Of a stretch of DNA of 35,437 nucleotides, positions 31,753 through 35,437 are shown one piece after another. The DNA comes from a virus. The notes below the pieces were generated by a model, which had not been told where the DNA came from, searched no databases, and saw nothing but the letters and a program-made list of their open reading frames with translations. Location of the stretch: the IMG/VR virus record IMGVR_UViG_3300020047_008974; one strand, 5' to 3'. The number at the start of each line of letters is the position of its first letter. Within the stretch, counting starts at the first letter, position 1. The translations under genes were made by a program, and so were the position numbers.

Positions 31753-33543
31753 ATGTCCTGGAATATAGAAACAAACCCAGTAACACAACGGCCTGAGGTT
31801 GTGATTAAGGGGTTCGAAAATGGGATAGCAGATTCACCTTATACCGGTATTGCGGATATGAGGAATATTAACGTGAGTACAGCAACAAAACAGGCCAATG
31901 TTGCTTTTGCAAACGCAGCTGTGACATTACCACCAACAGGATATACAACCGTTGCTTATACAGCGGCATCAGGTACTGATGTATTTACTACAGCAAGTAC
32001 ATCTGGATTCTATACAGGTATGGCATTAACTATTGTAACCGTATCCGGTGCAGGTGGAGTAACTGCAGGATCAACTTATTACGTAGGTAACATTACAGCT
32101 ACAACATTTAAGTTATATTATGCTCCAGATACAGGTATTCTTATTGATATAACTTTGGATATAAGTGGTACATTCACAGTTCCAACATTTGGAACACCAT
32201 CAGATTCAATCTCATATACAACTACAACAGCAATATCAACAACTAGAAAAAAATATAAAGATGTTTATATTTGTACGTCAGATGGACTAGTGTGGGCATT
32301 AAATAATGGTTTAATTAATGTAACTCCTGGAGGAACACAAGATCCAAATCGTTTAACTTGTTTAGGTAATATAGCTCACTCAACTGCAGGTTCACCACAA
32401 ACAGGTATTGCAGTATTTAATGATTATTTATTACTGTTTACTCAAAGTAAAATAGATTATATAAATATAAACTTAATAACAGGTTCAAATAACCCTAGTG
32501 CAAACTGGCACTATGCTTGGAAATCAACCACTCAAAATAGTCAAGGGCATAGAGCATTAGCTGCTACTGATAATGCTCTATATTTCTGTAATGATACGTT
32601 CATAGGCTCACTTATTGAAATAGGAACGTTTGATCCAACCAACGCAGCAACATACACCTATAACACCGCAGCTCTAGCATTACCAACCTTTGATCAAGCA
32701 ACTTGTTTGGCGCAATTAGGTACATCCTTGTTGGTTGGTGGAACTATGAACTATGTGTATCCTTGGGACCGGATTAGTACATCATTCTCTTATCCAATTG
32801 TGCTTGCTGAGGAATATGTAAAATGTATTGTTTCAACAAACTCATCGGCTTATATACTTGCTGGAAGTAGAGGAAATATATATATAACAAACGGTGCCAA
32901 CGTTGAGATATATAAAAAATTCCCGGATTCTTTATCAGGAACTGTTGATCCTGTATACGACTGGGGCTGGGCTTTGTATCATAAAAACCAAATATTCTTT
33001 AGTATTTCATCAGCAACTAATTCAGGAACTACCATTAGTAACTTTGCAGGGATATGGTCATTAGATCTAACTACTAAAGTGATAAGAATGAGTAATTCGT
33101 TATCATATGGTACTTACTCAGGAACAGTACCAGTGTTAACATTGATGGGTAATGTACGACCAACAGGCGATGGAATATACTCAGGATGGTTCAATAGTAC
33201 CGGAGGATTAGATTACACTTCAGGAAGTCCTTATATTAACTATGAAGCACGGATAGATAGTGATATTATACCAGTAGGAACATTTCTCAATAAAACATCA
33301 TTCACTAACTTAGAATACAAACTTGCGAAACCTCTAGTATCAGGTGAAAAGGTAAAACTTTCACAACGATCAAACCTCAATGATTCGTTTACAGAAATAG
33401 GAAATACCACCACAGCAGGTGGTGTATCAGATTACTACCTAACGAACTTTGAAAATATGGAATGGATACAGATACGAGCTGAACTATCGTCGACAGCAAC
33501 GACTCCATCCTATGTACCTTTATTAGAAATAAGAATAAGATAA
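31753..33543 (+). CDS. Large tail structural protein (repeated beta-blade-like segments)
   Basis: 596-aa ORF with recurring hydrophobic-G-x-I/L-Y/F segments. No specific motif. Confidence 0.6.
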   Translation: MSWNIETNPVTQRPEVVIKGFENGIADSPYTGIADMRNINVSTATKQANVAFANAAVTLPPTGYTTVAYTAASGTDVFTTASTSGFYTGMALTIVTVSGAGGVTAGSTYYVGNITATTFKLYYAPDTGILIDITLDISGTFTVPTFGTPSDSISYTTTTAISTTRKKYKDVYICTSDGLVWALNNGLINVTPGGTQDPNRLTCLGNIAHSTAGSPQTGIAVFNDYLLLFTQSKIDYININLITGSNNPSANWHYAWKSTTQNSQGHRALAATDNALYFCNDTFIGSLIEIGTFDPTNAATYTYNTAALALPTFDQATCLAQLGTSLLVGGTMNYVYPWDRISTSFSYPIVLAEEYVKCIVSTNSSAYILAGSRGNIYITNGANVEIYKKFPDSLSGTVDPVYDWGWALYHKNQIFFSISSATNSGTTISNFAGIWSLDLTTKVIRMSNSLSYGTYSGTVPVLTLMGNVRPTGDGIYSGWFNSTGGLDYTSGSPYINYEARIDSDIIPVGTFLNKTSFTNLEYKLAKPLVSGEKVKLSQRSNLNDSFTEIGNTTTAGGVSDYYLTNFENMEWIQIRAELSSTATTPSYVPLLEIRIR

Positions 33544-33547
33544 TTAT

Positions 33548-34024
33548 ATGGATCCAGCAGAAATGTTCGCCAAAATTAAAGAGATGGTAGCTAATGAAGC
33601 TAAACAACAAGCCACCGCAGTGTTTAATGATTTAGGTACACAGTACAACGTTGGTAAAGTTCCTACCCATATGCACAACGGTATAGATTCACTTAAAATA
33701 CCTCCAACCAGTGTTGAAGTATTCCAAGTACTACCAGCAACCAGTGGAGGTGTAGTAGATCCAGCAATAATAGGAAATAAAGTAATGACACAAGGTCCAA
33801 CAGAACGAGGATACGGTAACTTTGCAACAGTGAGTCAGGCAGTATTCCCAGTATACCCAATACCAGTTATGTATGGGAATGGTGTCGGGGTTGATTCAGC
33901 ATTTAGTTATGGTGATGCTCCATCTGGAACTATGGTATTCTTTGATAACGGTCTCACATTATCTGGTCTTTACATTAAAACAGCTAATGGATGGTATGGG
34001 TTTACGCCCGATACATTCGTATAA
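33548..34024 (+). CDS. Hypothetical structural protein
   Basis: 158-aa ORF, TAAttatATG junction. Confidence 0.6.
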   Translation: MDPAEMFAKIKEMVANEAKQQATAVFNDLGTQYNVGKVPTHMHNGIDSLKIPPTSVEVFQVLPATSGGVVDPAIIGNKVMTQGPTERGYGNFATVSQAVFPVYPIPVMYGNGVGVDSAFSYGDAPSGTMVFFDNGLTLSGLYIKTANGWYGFTPDTFV

Positions 34025-34030
34025 AATATT

Positions 34031-34915
34031 ATGAAAACATACACATCATATAGAAACCTATTCGGAACACATACAGGAAACACATCGACTGCTAACTTAA
34101 CATTCGGTGACAGCCTTGTGAATGATTCCCTTAGATATCTAACAACTAAATATTTCTTTAATGAACGTAGTCAAGTAGTTCCAGGAGGTACCGTAGCAAG
34201 TCAACAAAACTACAACCTCCCTTACAATATAAAAACCCTGCTCAACGTGTACGTAACGGTTGGTACAATTAGATACCAACTTACAGAAGCGCCAAACAGA
34301 GTATTCTGGGATTCATTAAACTTTGTACCGTATACATCAGACATCCCTCAATTTTATTTTATATACAACAAACAGTGTTATATATTCCCAACCCCGGCAT
34401 CAAGTGGAAATTCAATAACCTATAACTATAAATGTCGTATTCGTGAATTATCACAGGCTGACTATGTAACCGGTACCGTAACATTAACAAATGCATCGTC
34501 AGTTATTACAGGAGTAGGTACAACATTCACATCAGATATGGTAGGACGTTGGATTTATGCAACACCACCAACAGGAGATGGAAACTGGTATGAAATTGGA
34601 TCGTATACCTCAGCAACAGTCCTTGGATTAGTAAACGAATACCAAGGTACAACCGCATCAGGAATAACTACCTTAATTGGTGAAGTTCCATTGTTAGGTG
34701 AGGATTACCAAGACTTACCACTGTATCGATCGCTTGAAATCTATTACACATCACGTGTACCAGATCCAGCACGAGCAGGTGAATACACCAAACTATATGA
34801 GGAGGGTGTGAAAATGTTAGATGCAGAATTCGGTTCAAAATCCTGGTCGGTAGCAATTACTCCTGCAGACGTAGAAGTAAACAACCCTAATCTATTTACT
34901 AGAAGCTTATCTTAA
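34031..34915 (+). CDS. Hypothetical structural protein
   Basis: 294-aa ORF. Confidence 0.6.
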   Translation: MKTYTSYRNLFGTHTGNTSTANLTFGDSLVNDSLRYLTTKYFFNERSQVVPGGTVASQQNYNLPYNIKTLLNVYVTVGTIRYQLTEAPNRVFWDSLNFVPYTSDIPQFYFIYNKQCYIFPTPASSGNSITYNYKCRIRELSQADYVTGTVTLTNASSVITGVGTTFTSDMVGRWIYATPPTGDGNWYEIGSYTSATVLGLVNEYQGTTASGITTLIGEVPLLGEDYQDLPLYRSLEIYYTSRVPDPARAGEYTKLYEEGVKMLDAEFGSKSWSVAITPADVEVNNPNLFTRSLS

Positions 34916-34921
34916 TACTAT

Positions 34922-35437
34922 ATGGCAATTACAACCCCACTAGCCTCAAACGCTAATAAAACAACTTCATATATAAATAATGCCTTTGCTAAGAATTCAG
35001 GTAATACTTTAAGTAATCAATTAGGTGTTAATGCTAAAGCTCCGGCTCCAGCAACATCAGGAAACACTACCATCAAACCTAATATGTCAGTGGCTCCTAA
35101 TATGTCACCGAAATTCATAGGACCAATGGATACTAATTCAGATGCAACAAAGGTAAAGAATATGCAAACTCAGCTCAATGCTAAGAATGCTGGTCAACCA
35201 GGATGGACTCCACTACAAGTGGACGGTATCCTTGGACCTAAAACAAAAGCTGCTCAATCATTCAAACCTACATCTACTAATTCAGGAACAACAGGAGGTT
35301 CAAGCTATTCGTCAGGTAGTACAACAGGAGGTTCATATCAATCACAACCACTACAATACCAACCATCTCAATATCAAGCTCCTACACAGCAACAGCCAGC
35401 TCAATCAAATGAGATGAGTCAAAACCAGGCATTGTTA
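34922..35437 (+). CDS. 5' part of the wrap-around gene: N-terminal peptidoglycan-binding-like segment
   Basis: ATG 34922 after TAAtactat. Hand translation MAITTPLASNANK... contains NAGQPGWTPLQVDGILGPKTKAAQ (PG_binding_1-like DGxxGxxT). Open to the window end and continues in 1..1330. Confidence 0.8.
   Translation, partial: MAITTPLASNANKTTSYINNAFAKNSGNTLSNQLGVNAKAPAPATSGNTTIKPNMSVAPNMSPKFIGPMDTNSDATKVKNMQTQLNAKNAGQPGWTPLQVDGILGPKTKAAQSFKPTSTNSGTTGGSSYSSGSTTGGSYQSQPLQYQPSQYQAPTQQQPAQSNEMSQNQALL
35317..35437. repeat. Terminal direct repeat, copy 2
   Basis: Identical to 1-121. Confidence 0.95.

Noticed and set aside
28861-33543. Diversity-generating retroelement targeting the fibre genes
   Set aside because: The complete genome has no reverse transcriptase ORF, and I saw no template/variable repeat pair with adenine-specific differences.
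999-34856. Antisense or off-frame track ORFs nested in larger genes. These are 999..1196, 1555..1746, 2801..3016, 4870..5103, 6233..6502, 7364..7573, 8014..8256, 9561..9752, 9674..9928, 10043..10246, 10322..10771, 12116..12352, 13317..13508, 13952..14134, 17069..17419, 17744..17929, 18324..18518, 19100..19288, 19250..19468, 20268..20462, 21158..21409, 21757..22095, 22783..22977, 27870..28145, 28962..29228, 29803..30018, 30292..30672, 31600..31788, 33389..33610 and 34668..34856
   Set aside because: All lie inside or against longer ORFs that have recognisable products or fit the stop-start chaining. Their translations are low-complexity or hydrophobic nonsense typical of antisense frames in A+T-rich DNA.
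35178-35417. 79-aa ORF near the window end
   Set aside because: It is out of frame within the wrap-around gene that starts at 34922. Its translation is a Q/H/L-rich shadow of the Q/N-rich protein.

Overview
The window is a complete, circularly closed genome of a tailed dsDNA phage. Bases 1-121 are identical to 35317-35437, so the unique length is 35316 bp. It looks podovirus-like: I see no tape-measure or sheath gene. It is A+T-rich by eye and very tightly packed. The layout has four parts. (1) A leftward early block (2084-6660, minus strand) encodes about 14 small proteins, mostly unknown, including DUF4177-like, SprT-like and a possible ssDNA-binding protein. (2) A rightward block (7312-11856) holds a ParB-domain/DNA methyltransferase fusion, an HNH-like ORF, a VRR-NUC nuclease and a GroEL/GroES-like chaperonin pair. 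(3) A long rightward morphogenesis and lysis block (12129 through the window end, wrapping to 1935) holds small and large terminase, portal, a run of small Lys-rich proteins, scaffold, major capsid protein, many structural proteins, an M15-type endolysin with holin, tail fibres including a glycine-rich one, and a wrap-around Q/N-rich protein with a peptidoglycan-binding-like segment followed by a lytic-transglycosylase-like protein. (4) Three ORF-free islands (3108-3663, 6661-7311, 11857-12128) carry most of what the genes do not explain. These include a conserved 14-mer, TGn-extended -10-like boxes, a strand-specific ~90-nt hairpin on a G-tract, GTATTA iterons, a promoter-to-terminator small-RNA unit, and a tiny antisense transcription unit. 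No integrase, repressor, DNA polymerase, primase, helicase, tRNA, CRISPR array or reverse transcriptase is visible. Genes essentially lack Shine-Dalgarno sequences and are chained by TAAtATG-type stop-start junctions. All functional calls rest on motifs read by eye from the translations, with no database search, so family assignments are provisional.
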